The notes beneath the pieces are model-generated. The model made no database searches. It was given only the letters and a program-made list of their open reading frames with translations, and was not told where the DNA came from. DNA of 63,236 nucleotides, the filler included, from Lenisia limosa (lineage: Eukaryota > Protista > Breviatea), in the NCBI GenBank assembly GCA_001655205.1. It is 12 parts of 12 records of this genome, joined end to end, with 100 filler letters (N's around TTAATTAATTAA, not from the genome) between each part and the next. Parts side by side here need not be neighbours in the genome. Positions count along the whole stretch, not along the records: positions 45,381 to 55,862 come from LPNZ01006221.1; positions 55,963 to 58,567 come from LPNZ01004739.1; positions 58,668 to 60,267 come from LPNZ01000493.1; positions 60,368 to 61,515 come from LPNZ01000892.1; positions 61,616 to 63,236 come from LPNZ01008002.1; 7 more parts are not named here. One strand, 5' to 3'. This document shows, piece by piece, positions 51,301 to 63,110 of this stretch (positions within the stretch are counted from its first letter, which is position 1; each line of letters starts with the position of its first letter). The translations under genes and the position numbers were made by a program.

Positions 51301-54300
51301 TCACTGTGCTTTTGGATTGATGCATATGATATGTTACAATTGAAGTATACTCGACACACTTGTGAATCATATGATGTAATCTAAGTTGTCCACACCATCA
51401 ATAAAGTGAATGATTATATCAAAATAATTCACTCAATCATTCATCAACTCCGAGCATATAGCTTTCTGAGTCCCCGATATACTAATAAAAATTTTATCAT
51501 GTAACAGTATGTACATGTAGCTATCTGTGAAAAAACAATTTCAACAATTGTGTTGGGGGGGGGGGGGTGCAAACCTTGATTNNNNNNNNNNNNNNNNNNN
51601 NNNNNNNNNNNNNNNNNNNNNNNNNNNNNNNNNNNNNNNNNNNNNNNNNNNNNNNNNNNNNNNNNNNNNNNNNNNNNNTCCTGAGACTTTGCAACCTTCT
51701 TTTGTGCTACATATACACCCTGAAGCGATTACATCTCGGGGGAAAAGCATAATGATTACGACAATCTTCTATTTCTATGTGATGTACACGAAATGTAATA
51801 TGCACAATAATTACAGGACTCCGTGCAGATTTTTCAATTAATTACACGGCGCCCTAGCAGTTGTCTGATTTGGGAGGGGGGGGGGTCCAAAACGGACCTT
51901 TTCCACAGCGTTCTTTTGGCACCAAACCAGCTTGTTCTGAAGCGCCAATAGCTGCTTCTGCAGCTCATCTATAATGTTAAACAAAAGAGACACATGCAAG
52001 AGAAATGGTTGTATCGAGACTGTCTCAGTTCCAGAGATCAATGAGATAATAAAAAGAAAAAAGCTGTGGTGACCAAATATTTGATAAAATTTGTGGGTAA
52101 TAAGCATGAGAAAGAAGATAGCCGCGCAAACTGTATTTGGCCATGTTCTCCCACTCCTTCTTGGCGATACTCAGTTTCTCCTTCAGTTCAGCCACATCCT
52201 TGAAAGCAAGGGTCATACACAGAGCATATAAACACAATACATGAAACAGTGTCACAACAAGTATTCCTATTAACTTGGTAAAATTGTGTAACATGTACAT
52301 AGTGTATCGCTATATTAATATTATATAGAGCAGCTGACGTAATTTACCCCCCCCCCCCCNNNNNNNNNNNNNNNNNNNNNNNNNNNNNNNNNNNNNNNNN
52401 NNNNNNNNNNNNNNNNNNNNNNNNNNNNNNNNNNNNNNNNNNNNNNNNNNNNNNNNTTTTCGCAGCATCAATCTGGTCTCCAGCTGAAGTGATTCCAACA
52501 CCCTCGGCGACAAACTGTGGTGTCATTTCTTTCCATATGCAACTAATATTACTAATGTTATCACAGGGGTCATGGTTGTGATGGGGGAAACGAGAACCAA
52601 TAAAATCTACCAGAATCACATTAATAATGCTGAACCATCCATGATAAAAACTGACAATATTTCGATATTAATATTGGTTGACATTGCGACATTTCACTTG
52701 AGCCCACTTTGTACTTCTCTTGGGAGGTGGATGACGCCAAAAATGACTTGGCCTTCTCCTGAAGAAGAAGAAAGAGTGGGTTGTCTGTTGGGATCAAGGG
52801 TTATAATGGGAGTGATGATTCTCCAACTCGAAGCAGCACAAAAAAACCAAAGGAAAATAGACACATGAGGGGAGGAGGGATAAATATGCTAACACCAATC
52901 CGTCCTGAGACCAGTCGTCCCACCGATATGAAGACCGAAGTTGTGAATGACGTTGTCGACCTGTTTCATGGCTTGTGGAATCTCGAAGTCGGGTTGACGG
53001 GTGAACTGCAGAGAGGGAATAAATGGGAGGGGGAGGGGTCCAATTTTAGAGTGACGGTGGTAGATAACCAAGGGTAAAACACACNNNNNNNNNNNNNNNN
53101 NNNNNNNNNNNNNNNNNNNNNNNNNACATTACTTCGGGGGAGGGGGGGGATATCATTTGAAAACAATTTCTACAACAAAGCAGAAGAGAACCAGTGAAAT
53201 GAATAGGAAGAAATGAAAAAAGTAAAAACTTGGGAATGTTACACACGCTATTAGAGTGAATATCGTAGCCTTCCTTGAAGAACTTCATTGTCGTTGAAGA
53301 ATGACGCACAACTCGTACAATTGTAAACTCTCTTCCATAACTAATGCCATAAGAAAAGTTGTGAACGTGAGGTTATTAGCTGTTGAAAAAAATCACGTTT
53401 ATATTGACACATTCCCCCAATGCCAAACAACCAAAAAAAATCATATTTGAGAGAGTGTGTGCATTTGCGTATTCATGTACACTATGAAAATGATGGTACC
53501 CATACTGTTTAGGTGTTAATATTAATTTCCGGAGATTTACTTCTTCGAATATCCCATACTTACAGATGGGGGTGCAGGCTTCCAACTCCCACGTTGTCCA
53601 TTTTTAGCATAACAACAGCCTCACTACAATGTTAAACAATACGATGACTACACATGGCTTAGATATTTAATCACAATGCAACCCAACCCCCAAACCTCTC
53701 TCCCGATTTGATCAGATCAGACAGCTTGCTTCCTCTCCCAGTTTTGCTGGCAGATGCACCGAAGACAACCTGTGGACGTCATATCTTCCATCATCTCATC
53801 GACATGTACACTATCTTCCTTCGTATAATATCAATCTACAATTTCTCACAATTCGACACCGAACTCTTTTGCACCTGCAAGATACAAGATATACGTCGTA
53901 TCATATATTGGTAAAAGTGTAAGATGAGCGGGGTGAGCTTCAAGGTAAAATGTAAGATGAGCGGGGTGAGCTTAAAGCGTGGCAAATGACTCTGAGAAGC
54001 CAACAGTTACAAAAAAGCACAACACCCCTCTGCAAGGAAATTTTAAACCAAATATCTTTTAAAAGATCATTATTTACCCCTGGCATGTACTACAGATCAT
54101 ACTCCAGCTCCAACTACAGATTTTCCCCTGGGACATTCTCTCAAAATGATCATGAGTCACAGGAGAGGGGTCCCTCAAGGTGGCAGCGAACCGCTACAAA
54201 ACACCCACAAACTTGCATAGCTGAAAGAATAGCGGACTTTCCACCTAGGAAGATGAGTTAGAGCAAAAAGGCGCGTAGCTTACTTCCATTCTGCCCTGTA

Positions 54301-54497
54301 ATGAAGTTGATGTGGGCATTGAAGTCAACCATGAAGTTTTTATGACACATGAAGTTAACAAGACGCATTGTTTTGATCTGTCCGGCTATTTTATACATCT
54401 GCTCGAAGTCCTCCTCCACTTCTTCTTCGGATTCACCTTCCGTCGCTTCATCGTCGACAATCTCGGAAGCTTCTGGATCTATAACGTCATCCAGCAT
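45381..54497 (-). CDS. SMC6: Structural maintenance of chromosomes protein 6 (3' end truncated by contig end)
   Basis: GQIKTMRLVNFMCHKNFMVDFNAHINFITGQNGS|GKSAILSAM; FGASASKTGRGSKLSDLIKSG; long coiled coils; C-terminal FEALLKGRGYKGGVRMDYQNQNLDLK. Confidence 0.9.
47363..47438. mobile_element. Tc1/pogo-type MITE in SMC6 intron
   Basis: TA-(a)agtgactgggataagtcttgacc...ggtcaagacttatccggtcactg-TA. Confidence 0.85.
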
Positions 54498-55092
54498 TGT
54501 GCAAAGGAATAAAAAACCCAAACAAAAAATCACTCTCCAATTGTTAAGTGATCGATGATCTCTGTCGCCTTTCGTCGCCAATTTTACCACACAACAACAT
54601 ATCCTTTTCGATTCTGACTAAGACAAGCAATACTAAAAGATTTTTTATTGAGAAACTTGAAGCAGGACTTAAACAATTGATTTTTATTACAGCATTTCGC
54701 AGAACAGTCATATCACAGCCGCTCCTTTGTTTCCATTTCAGTCCAGAATCTAAGAAGGGTACACAGCTCACAGGCTTGGCAATGGTTGGAATGGGATTCA
54801 GTATTATCTAATTTTCTTATTAATACAACAAGGACAGTATTTGAAAATATCGTAATATGCATACAAACTTGAAACAACGAAACGAATGCCTTCTTGCAAA
54901 AACTGCTGGATGCTGATCAATAGTATCATGAATAATTGTCTAAGTAAACGTACGAATGTAAATGGACTGTGTCTGTTTATATAATTGGGATCTTGTTAAT
55001 TAATATAATGAATGAATGTATCAGAGTGTCTTTGAACAACATACACATTACGATTATCACAGAGCGAAACAGCAAGCCCGGCTTCCGGCGGA

Positions 55093-55700
55093 ATGTGGAG
55101 CCAGGATGCATCGTTCGTCTCACTGATCACGTCGCTGAACAATGAGGTTGAAAGAGACATCACTAAGGCCCGGGACCTCGTGAAGAGAGGTCGGAATCAA
55201 TGTGACTATTCTGACTTATGCTTCTGTCTGTTACCCTATTTGAAGAACACATGTAAATACATTTCGTTTTTGTACATATATAGAAACTGTCTGACTATTC
55301 CAACTATGAAGCAGCTTTCACCGATTTTGAGGGTTTTGCAAAGAGGCCACTTCGATAAATACAAACGACTGAATGTTTCGACCATAATGCTTCCCCCTTG
55401 TTTTGGCTGTTTCACCGGCCCTAGGTAAAATGTTGCACCTTACTCAAGCCATTTTGGACCACGCTGTGGGCAATGTGAGAGGACAAGTCTCTCTGGCACT
55501 CACCGGAGGTCGGAATAAGGGGTGACAGTGATATATATATTAACTTTATTGGGGAGGTGGTTGCTGTCCTCTTCTTGAAATCATGCAAAGTTGATGAAAG
55601 TGATGTTATGGAGAGCTCTTCATTTTTCAGACGGATAGCTGTCACGTATGTAGGTAACAGAGGGCAACCCCATTTGGACTGGATCGATGACAATATCTAT
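55093..55700 (+). CDS. 5' fragment of an unknown gene, divergent from SMC6
   Basis: MWSQDASFVSLITSLNNEVERDITKARDLVKRGRNQ plus further spliced exons. Truncated by spacer. Confidence 0.4.
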
Positions 55701-55987
55701 TCGGTATGTTGGAGGTACGAAGATGTGTGCTTGGATTTAAGTAACTGTGTTGTATACACCAATAAAAAACCTTTATGTGCACAGAGTTGTATAAGGCAAA
55801 TGATTGGGTGAATTAATATTATACTATAATCCAGTATCTATTATAAGCGTGATGGTGTGGACNNNNNNNNNNNNNNNNNNNNNNNNNNNNNNNNNNNNNN
55901 NNNNNNTTAATTAATTAANNNNNNNNNNNNNNNNNNNNNNNNNNNNNNNNNNNNNNNNNNNNTTCTATTTTGTATTGATAATGACTC

Positions 55988-56615
55988 AATAATGACTCTT
56001 AAGTCTTGAGAAAGGAGTGAAGAGGCATAAGTGGCGTAAATCATGTTCAGTAGTGCAGTTTACAGAGAGATAGAGGGCTGAATATAGCGCTGGTTGGTTT
56101 TTACGTTGAAAAACGTAAACCTCTGAAAGATCGCTCACTTTTTCAGCCGCGGTGGCTCCGGCCGCGACTATGCCTTTTGCTGCATCTGCTTCCATGCCCT
56201 TTGGCGCCCCAGGTACCCGGGAATATTGGGGGGAATATTAATATTCTGTTTTCTTTTTTCAGGGGGTGGTGTATTTTTAATTGTATTTGTATATTTTTAT
56301 AATTGTGTTTTTTTTTTTTCTTATTAGTTTGTTTTTTGTTTTTTAAAATGTNNNNNNNNNNNNNNNNNNNNNNNNNNNNNNNNNNNNNNNNNNNNNNNNN
56401 NNNNNNNNNNNNNNNNNNNNNNNNGTGTTTAATACATTTCCATTTTACACCTCAAATTTTCATAAATGTCTATTCTCTAACCCTACTCCTTCTTTCCATA
56501 TATCCAGCACTACATTCAGCCCCCTATCTCTCTGTAAACTGCACTATTGAACGTGATTTACGCCACTTATGCCTCTTCACTCCTTTCTCAAAATCGACTT
56601 AAGAAAAGCTCATTA
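55988..56615. repeat. Inverted repeat pair (~110-bp arms at ~55988-56093 and ~56505-56615)
   Basis: The reverse complement of the first arm matches ccagcactacattcagcc...cgccacttatgcctcttcactcctttctcaa with few mismatches. Confidence 0.85.
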
Positions 56616-57354
56616 TTACATTTGAACCACGATCATGTACCGAGTATGAATCAACACAACGATGACCCCTCCATTTTTTTGTTTTGTTTTGTTTTGTTTT
56701 TCTTTTACTCCAATTTTCATGCATCCATTTGACAAACTTATCCTTGGCTTTGTTTGTTGGAGTGATGGGATGTGATGCGGTGCTGCAGAAGCGACTGATC
56801 TGGGCTCTGATTGTTTTGTTATTATCAAACCTCGTGTGTTGTCAGCCAACCATAAATTTTCCAACACCCCCCCCCCCCNNNNNNNNNNNNNNNNNNNNNN
56901 NNNNNNNNNNNNNNNNNNNNNNNCATTTTACTGAGCAATTAGGCGCGACGCCCCCGCCATTCGGAGCGCCCAAGGTCTTTTCTTAACTCTTTATGTTATG
57001 TACTGTTCCTGTTTTTCAGGCAAGATTTCGTGGATATATCATATCATATCATACGATTATAATCTAGAATTTTAAAAATCTCTTTTGTATTGTTCTTTTG
57101 TTTTGGGAGCAAGCATGGTTAGTAAAAATCTGAGGCAACATTAATAGTTGCCTTTTATAAATCACTCGCCACCCACCCACGCATACAGGATTTGTCATTA
57201 TGGCGCACGGGATTCTTGTGAAAGAAGTTGGAATTCCTATATTTTACAAATTCCATGATTGATGTTTGAAGATATCTGGAATTACAATTCCAAGTCGATA
57301 CACCGCATCATGCTCTCCTTCAAATTGCATCCAATATGTTACTTTCGTCAGATG

Positions 57355-58567
57355 TTACAGGTGACGTACGACCGGTGTTGAAGGTGACCGAAGTTGGATT
57401 TGAAGGGTTCTGGAAATTTGGCCTTCTATACTTGCAAATTTCGAAATGAATTTCTCTTTTGCATCAGTATTACCATAATTGCACAATTCACCAAAATTTT
57501 CCAACACAGCTTTCTGCGCTCCAGTACTATGTAATTCACTCAATCATTTGCCTAACAACTGAACGCAAGCAGCAAGTCTGCCCGAAGCCGTCCACATCCA
57601 TCATCACGCTTATCAGCAATATTGTTCCCCGGTCCAGCCGTGGGTCCAGTCCAGTACTTCCATGAAGGACCCGGGTCGGGGAAGCAATATGAATTTCACC
57701 CAATCATTTGCTTTGCGCACACAACTATGACATAGCATCGATATACATAACAAAACAATCTAAACCACCCCCCCCACCCCTCTTCTCAAAAACTAAAAAA
57801 ACATCCACANNNNNNNNNNNNNNNNNNNNNNNNNNNNNNNNNNNNNNNNNNNNNNNNNNNNNNNNNNNNNNNNNNNNNNNNAAAGTCCCGTCAAATCCGA
57901 TCATGTCGTTTTCCTCGCTAGCAATTGTTGCCAGGGCTTCCCTTCGCATATTGTCAAGACGTTTGTGTCGCTTACCTAGAAATATTACCTTGGACAGTGT
58001 CATTTCTAGACGAGTAGGGCTTCACTTCAGTTCGAAAAAAGACTGAATTTCTCGATAAATCCTCGAAAACTATCGATATTTTACCAGTCTTTTTCGAACC
58101 AGAGCGAATGAGAAATAAAAATAAGGTTGTATCTGGCCGAATCCACACCTTCACGTTTATGAATATTTCTCCACCTCCCAAAAAAATAAATAATAAAAAA
58201 CAATAAAAATACTAATAATATAAAACAATATCCCTACCCCCAATACCCTCCTTAAGGCCAAGCAGAATGGCGATGGCAAAGACGACAGGAACGAGAACCA
58301 GGATGAGGAAGATGACGAGGATCAGAGGGGTCTGGGCGGTAAAAAAAACCCGGCCAGAAATAGGATTAAATCAGCAAAAAATAGAGGGAAAAAGAGGGAA
58401 AAAGAGGGTGAACTGAGTACAAAGCCTTATACCAAATACGTACATATACATATATATCTTCCCCCCCCTCCCCCTATATCAAATAGGTATCCCCCAATAC
58501 CAAATAGGTGTCTACGCCGCCGCCGTAGAAGCAGTTTCCAATCAGGAGAATGACCGTGTTGAAGAAG
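57355..58567 (-). CDS. 3' fragment of a membrane protein
   Basis: FFNTVILLIGNCFYGGGVDTYL; hydrophobic TPLILVIFLILVLVPVVFAIAILLGLK; GKRHKRLDNMRREALA. Confidence 0.5.
58015..58100. mobile_element. hAT-type MITE family A (right TIR truncated, abutting the 60-bp repeat)
   Basis: Near-consensus sequence tagggcttcacttcagttcgaaaaaagactgaatttctcgataaatcctcg... Confidence 0.85.
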
Positions 58568-58677
58568 NNNNNNNNNNNNNNNNNNNNNNNNNNNNNNNNN
58601 NNNNNNNNNNNTTAATTAATTAANNNNNNNNNNNNNNNNNNNNNNNNNNNNNNNNNNNNNNNNNNNNCCCCTCCCAG

Positions 58678-59305
58678 GCTGACGCCCTCCGCGACAAGAC
58701 CCATACATTGAGCGGCGAAATTGTGAAACTACACAGGAAAATCTCCACAGTGACCCAGGAGAAAGAGGAACTAAAAGGTTGCATGGGCATATAATACATA
58801 CAGTGACAGTTATGTCTTGACCGATTTGCTAATGTGATATACAGTGACCGGGATAAGTCTTAACTGATTTGTTGATAATTTCCCACGGATAATCGGTCAA
58901 GATTTATCCCGGTCACTGTTTTTGTTCTGCATATATTGTAGAGATATACAAAAACACCACAGCGTCCTGTTCCTAATCCCTGTAGTTATGCAGGCCGCTG
59001 AAGTGATGGCCATACCGAAGGACAACCAGGAAGACCTTGAGAAATTAACCTCAAAGTACAATGACGTGAGAGGGGAGGGGGGTAGAACATAACCCTTTTT
59101 TTTGTTTTTTCTCTGAGTTATAATGTTTCGGGGGTAGTGATTTCGGGGTAGTCCTTTTCCTTTTGAATCTTACCACGCAGTTGGTGCAAGAACACGTGCA
59201 GGTCGAGGCTCTTCTTTGGGAGGAAATGAGCCGATCTGCCCAACTCAATGCCTCCCTGAATAGTCTCAGGAATAAGTTCGCTCTCAAGTTCATGCAGCAA
59301 TCCCA
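58678..59305 (+). CDS. Internal fragment of a coiled-coil protein gene
   Basis: ADALRDKTHTLSGEIVKLHRKISTVTQEKEELK; LVQEHVQVEALLWEEMSRSAQLNASLNSLRNK. Confidence 0.45.
58801..58918. mobile_element. Tc1/pogo-type MITE (full copy 58842-58918) preceded by a half copy
   Basis: TA-cagtgaccgggataagtc...gatttatcccggtcactg. Confidence 0.8.
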
Positions 59306-59327
59306 AGGTCTGCTTTTTGAAAGCGTC

Positions 59328-59420
59328 ACTCATTGCGGTTCAAAAAAAACCAATAAAATATCAAAATATATCAACGATTTATCGAGAAATTCCGTCTTTT
59401 TTCGAACCGAAGTGAAGGTA
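59328..59420. mobile_element. MITE family A, degenerate reverse copy
   Basis: atcgagaaattccgtcttttttcgaaccgaagtgaagg. Confidence 0.7.
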
Positions 59421-60039
59421 TAGCAAGAGAATACAATTTATCAAATCAAATTGGGGTGCAAAGTTCTACTACATGGCAATACCATAAAACGCTGCCTGTT
59501 TTATTTTTTTCATTTAAACAAGCCCAAGTACCATTTTATGGTGGTAACTCCTTTTGAAAAGACAAAAATATAAAATATATTGAAAGATGAAATACACACG
59601 TACAAAATACAATATCAGTAAACAAGAAGAAGAGAAAAAAAAAGGGAAAACAAAGAAACACTAATCTGATATGGTAGCGGACCAGCATACCGTGGGGGAC
59701 CAAAACCTCCCGACAGAATGCTGTTAACATGCACTCATCGAAACCTCGGCGGCCAAGACGGAAGCAATCAAATCCAAGCGGAGGTTTAGCAGGCCAGGAA
59801 GACGATAGCGCTCACCAAGACCAAACTGGCCCGGTGAAACATCTTGTCAGGATGTAATGGTACATTGGTAAACCAAGGCAGGCGGTGGCGGGAGGCGATC
59901 ATGTAGCGGCGGAGGCGAAGGTAGACGAACGGCAAGGGGCAAACGACAAAAGTATTATAATCTCTCCCCCCTCCAGGTACCTTGAATCTCCTTCCATTTC
60001 CTTCATTGTCCGCTCCCCCCTGTTTTGTTTTATAAATTT

Positions 60040-60162
60040 TAGGGCTGTGCAATTATTTGAAAAAATAATTGCAAAATTTGAAGTGCGATATATTGTAATG
60101 TAAACTCAATTTGTGACAATTTCATTTCAAATTTTGTCGATTAATAATTGCGCAGAGCCCTC
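60040..60162. mobile_element. hAT-type MITE family C
   Basis: tagggctgtgcaatt...aattgcgcagagccct. Interior similar to the 19551 copy. A short relic lies at 51814-51856. Confidence 0.75.
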
Positions 60163-60368
60163 ACCAGTTTACTCCTCCAGGTACGCAACAGCAGTCTTAC
60201 ACCACTGCCAACTTTGCGTCGTTTGTGCGAGGAGCCCAACCCGTGACAGACTTTGAGTCGGTTCAGCNNNNNNNNNNNNNNNNNNNNNNNNNNNNNNNNN
60301 NNNNNNNNNNNTTAATTAATTAANNNNNNNNNNNNNNNNNNNNNNNNNNNNNNNNNNNNNNNNNNNNA

Positions 60369-61200
60369 CTCCTCCAAAGAGCATACTTGTTCCCATGTGA
60401 GAGGCGAAATTTTCTGATAAGTTCGTGGCAGCCGGTTCACATGGGAGTGATGGTACTGATCCCCAACCTGAACCAGTAAATAAATCAATTGTAATATTTG
60501 ATAAGTTACAAAAGGCCAAAACTTACTTGAAATACATGAGAAGTAAAGGCAGGCTCATAGACAACGATAATATGGAACTTATAAAACGCAAGAGACTGGA
60601 TCTAAAAGATTATGATATTAATAATATAAAAAAGACCAAAAATAGAAAGATCAATTGCAAACCTCGGGGGAAGTATGGACCCTGGCACCATCCAGCACGA
60701 CGACACCTGGCTTGTGGGGGCCATGTCCACCCCCGCTCGGATATAATCTCCACATGCCGGAGCACACTCATTGTGGAGAAGAACGAGGACCCATTGCAAC
60801 CAAGTAAATAGCAGTTATTTTGGCGTGCTGCCTTCTTGGCTTCCTTCCCTTGGCTCAACAAGGTTTGGTGCTATGGAGTCTGGGTTTTCTTGGAAATACT
60901 TTGAGATCTGATCAGCGAATGGGTCACCACATGCAGAAAACTGGACGTTCAGCGGCTTTACTTTGGGGGCTTCACGCTTCTTAGCATCACTCATGATGTC
61001 ATTACCTCCAAGGATGGTGGCGGGGAAGTAGTCCAGCGGCAGTAGAGCAGGAAATCGCAGAACCCATCGGCTCCCCTTTCACGTTCTTAAGGTATCTTGG
61101 TCCAAAAGCAGTCTCATCAGCGAAGTAAATATGTGAAAGATCGATCTCACATGCTGCATCTGAAGGTGTGGACTCCATGAAGAGGGAAAACAATTCGTTA
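60369..61200 (-). pseudogene. pogo-like (DDE_1) transposase remnant with spliceosomal introns
   Basis: HIYFADETAF; AAGLLPATILGG (after a frameshift); GVVVLDGARVHTSPE|IQSLAFYKFHIIVVYEPAFTSHVFQ|VGDQ joined by two phase-0 GT-AG introns. About three frameshifts upstream. Confidence 0.75.
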
Positions 61201-61759
61201 ATACAGTCATTTACCAGAGAAATGGACTGAGTTGTCTTTAATTTCCCATCGACAATCTAATATATTAGCAAGAGTGAAATCATTCAGTCCAACTCGAATA
61301 AACACTGACTACAAGACAAGAGAATGGATCCATGATGCTCACATTGATAAGGGTCTTTTCAACTTCACAGAATGATGGGCCAAGGGAAGAACTCGCCAAA
61401 TCAAGATAGTGCTTTTCGTATTCTGTAATGGGCGAATTCATTCGCTAAAATAATCAGAAAAGTGTTGATACATTTGCAACAAACCTTTATCAAAACTACC
61501 ATCCAAGAAGAGGCGNNNNNNNNNNNNNNNNNNNNNNNNNNNNNNNNNNNNNNNNNNNNTTAATTAATTAANNNNNNNNNNNNNNNNNNNNNNNNNNNNN
61601 NNNNNNNNNNNNNNNTGGGGGGGTGGGGTGATTGCAAGAAGTTACAAATATCATGTTACTATTATGTGAAAACGTTGGAATTCCCATATTTTTATATGGG
61701 AAATTTGAAGTAATTTGTGGGATTCCCAAATAATAAAAGGGAATCTCAAGTCGATGCGC

Positions 61760-63110
61760 CTAGTCCTCACCTGTATGAAAGCGACCAGGATTCTAAGGGC
61801 CGCCCATCTAGCATTATGCTTGGGACGATAGGACATCACAAACACGACGGCAACTGTCAGGACAAATGCTATTGCAACCAGGGGGAGAATAAACCTGTTT
61901 TGGGGGTGAAATTGGAACATTTTATGAAACAAAAAAAAAAAAAAAAAAAAANNNNNNNNNNNNNNNNNNNNNNNNNNNNNNNNNNNNNNNNNNNNNNNNN
62001 NNNNNNNNNNNNNNNNNNNNNNNNNNNNNNNNNNNNNNNNNNNNNNNNNNNNNNNNNNNNNNNNNNNNNNNNNNNNNNNNNNNNNNNNNNNNNNNAATAA
62101 CCCAAGATATTGGATATCTGGCCGAAGCCGTCCAAACCATCATGCAACAAGGAACGTACCCATTTCGCACCAGCATGTAAATCAAAACTTGTTCCCAAAT
62201 ATATTCTACAAGGCAAAGTAACTAGCAATTTTATACATCTACATATACTACATAGATATAAAAAAATGTGTTTTTTTTGTTAAGGTTTATGCGTACTTGT
62301 CATTTTCCGAACACTTCTTGCAGGAGTTATCCCGTTTGTACCATCCGGCTTGACAGAGGGCACACAGGTTACCTTCANNNNNNNNNNNNNNNNNNNNNNN
62401 NNNNNNNNNNNNNNNNNNNNNNNNNNNNNNNNNNNNNNNNNNNNNNNNNNNNNNNNNNNNNNNNNNNNNNNNNNNNNNNNNNNNNNNNNNNNNNNNNNNN
62501 NNNNNNNNNNNNNNNNNNNNNNNNNGCTTGGGAGGGGGGTAAAGTAAAAATTATAAAACAATAATAATAAAAATTCATCATTTGACCTAAAGGTTTGGCT
62601 TCATTTCGGTTCGAAAAAAACTGGATTTCCCGATTAATCCTCGAAAACTTTCGGTATTTCCCCGGTTATTCCGAACCGAAGTGAAGCCCTACATTGTGGA
62701 TAAATTACATTCTGTATTTATTAAGTTGCCACCCACATCCCTGTAAATTGCAAGAAACTGGTCACTGTCAAACCCACCCAAAACACAAGCCTCTTCTATA
62801 GGGCATTTTAGGAAGGCCGCTCCGTCCGCACTGCTATAGAAGCCCGGGGCGGGGATTGGAGCTAAATTGGGAGGTGAGAAATAGAAATAAGGACGAAGTC
62901 GTCCACACCATCACTTATGGTAGAGATGAGAAATAAAACAAGGTATCTGGCCGAAGTTGACAAGTGATGATGTGTGCTGATACCTTATTCAATTATATAA
63001 TCCACTTACCCCCCCCACAAAAGCTTGATATTTTGAACGTTTTAGTCGTGTGACAGTCTTATTGTTTTTACATTCCCACTTCTATTTAGATGAGCCTGGA
63101 TACAGAACTC
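61760..63110 (-). CDS. Fragment of a Cys-rich multi-pass membrane protein
   Basis: PIPAPGFYSSADGAAFLKCPIEEACVLGG; EGNLCALCQAGWYKRDNSCKKCSE; TM segment VAIAFVLTVAVVFVMSY...RILVAFIQ. Confidence 0.6.
62594..62691. mobile_element. hAT-type MITE family A
   Basis: ggcttcatttcggttcgaaaaaaactggatttcccgattaatcctcg...gaaccgaagtgaagcccta. Confidence 0.82.

Noticed and set aside
9688-54497. Apparent DNA-repair/chromosome cluster (APE-UNG, SMC6, KTI12)
   Set aside because: The genes lie on different contigs separated by artificial spacers, so co-location is not evidence.
17109-61571. Eleven exact TTAATTAATTAA palindromes
   Set aside because: Each is embedded in exactly 44 N + 44 N. This is an artificial contig linker, not a biological motif.
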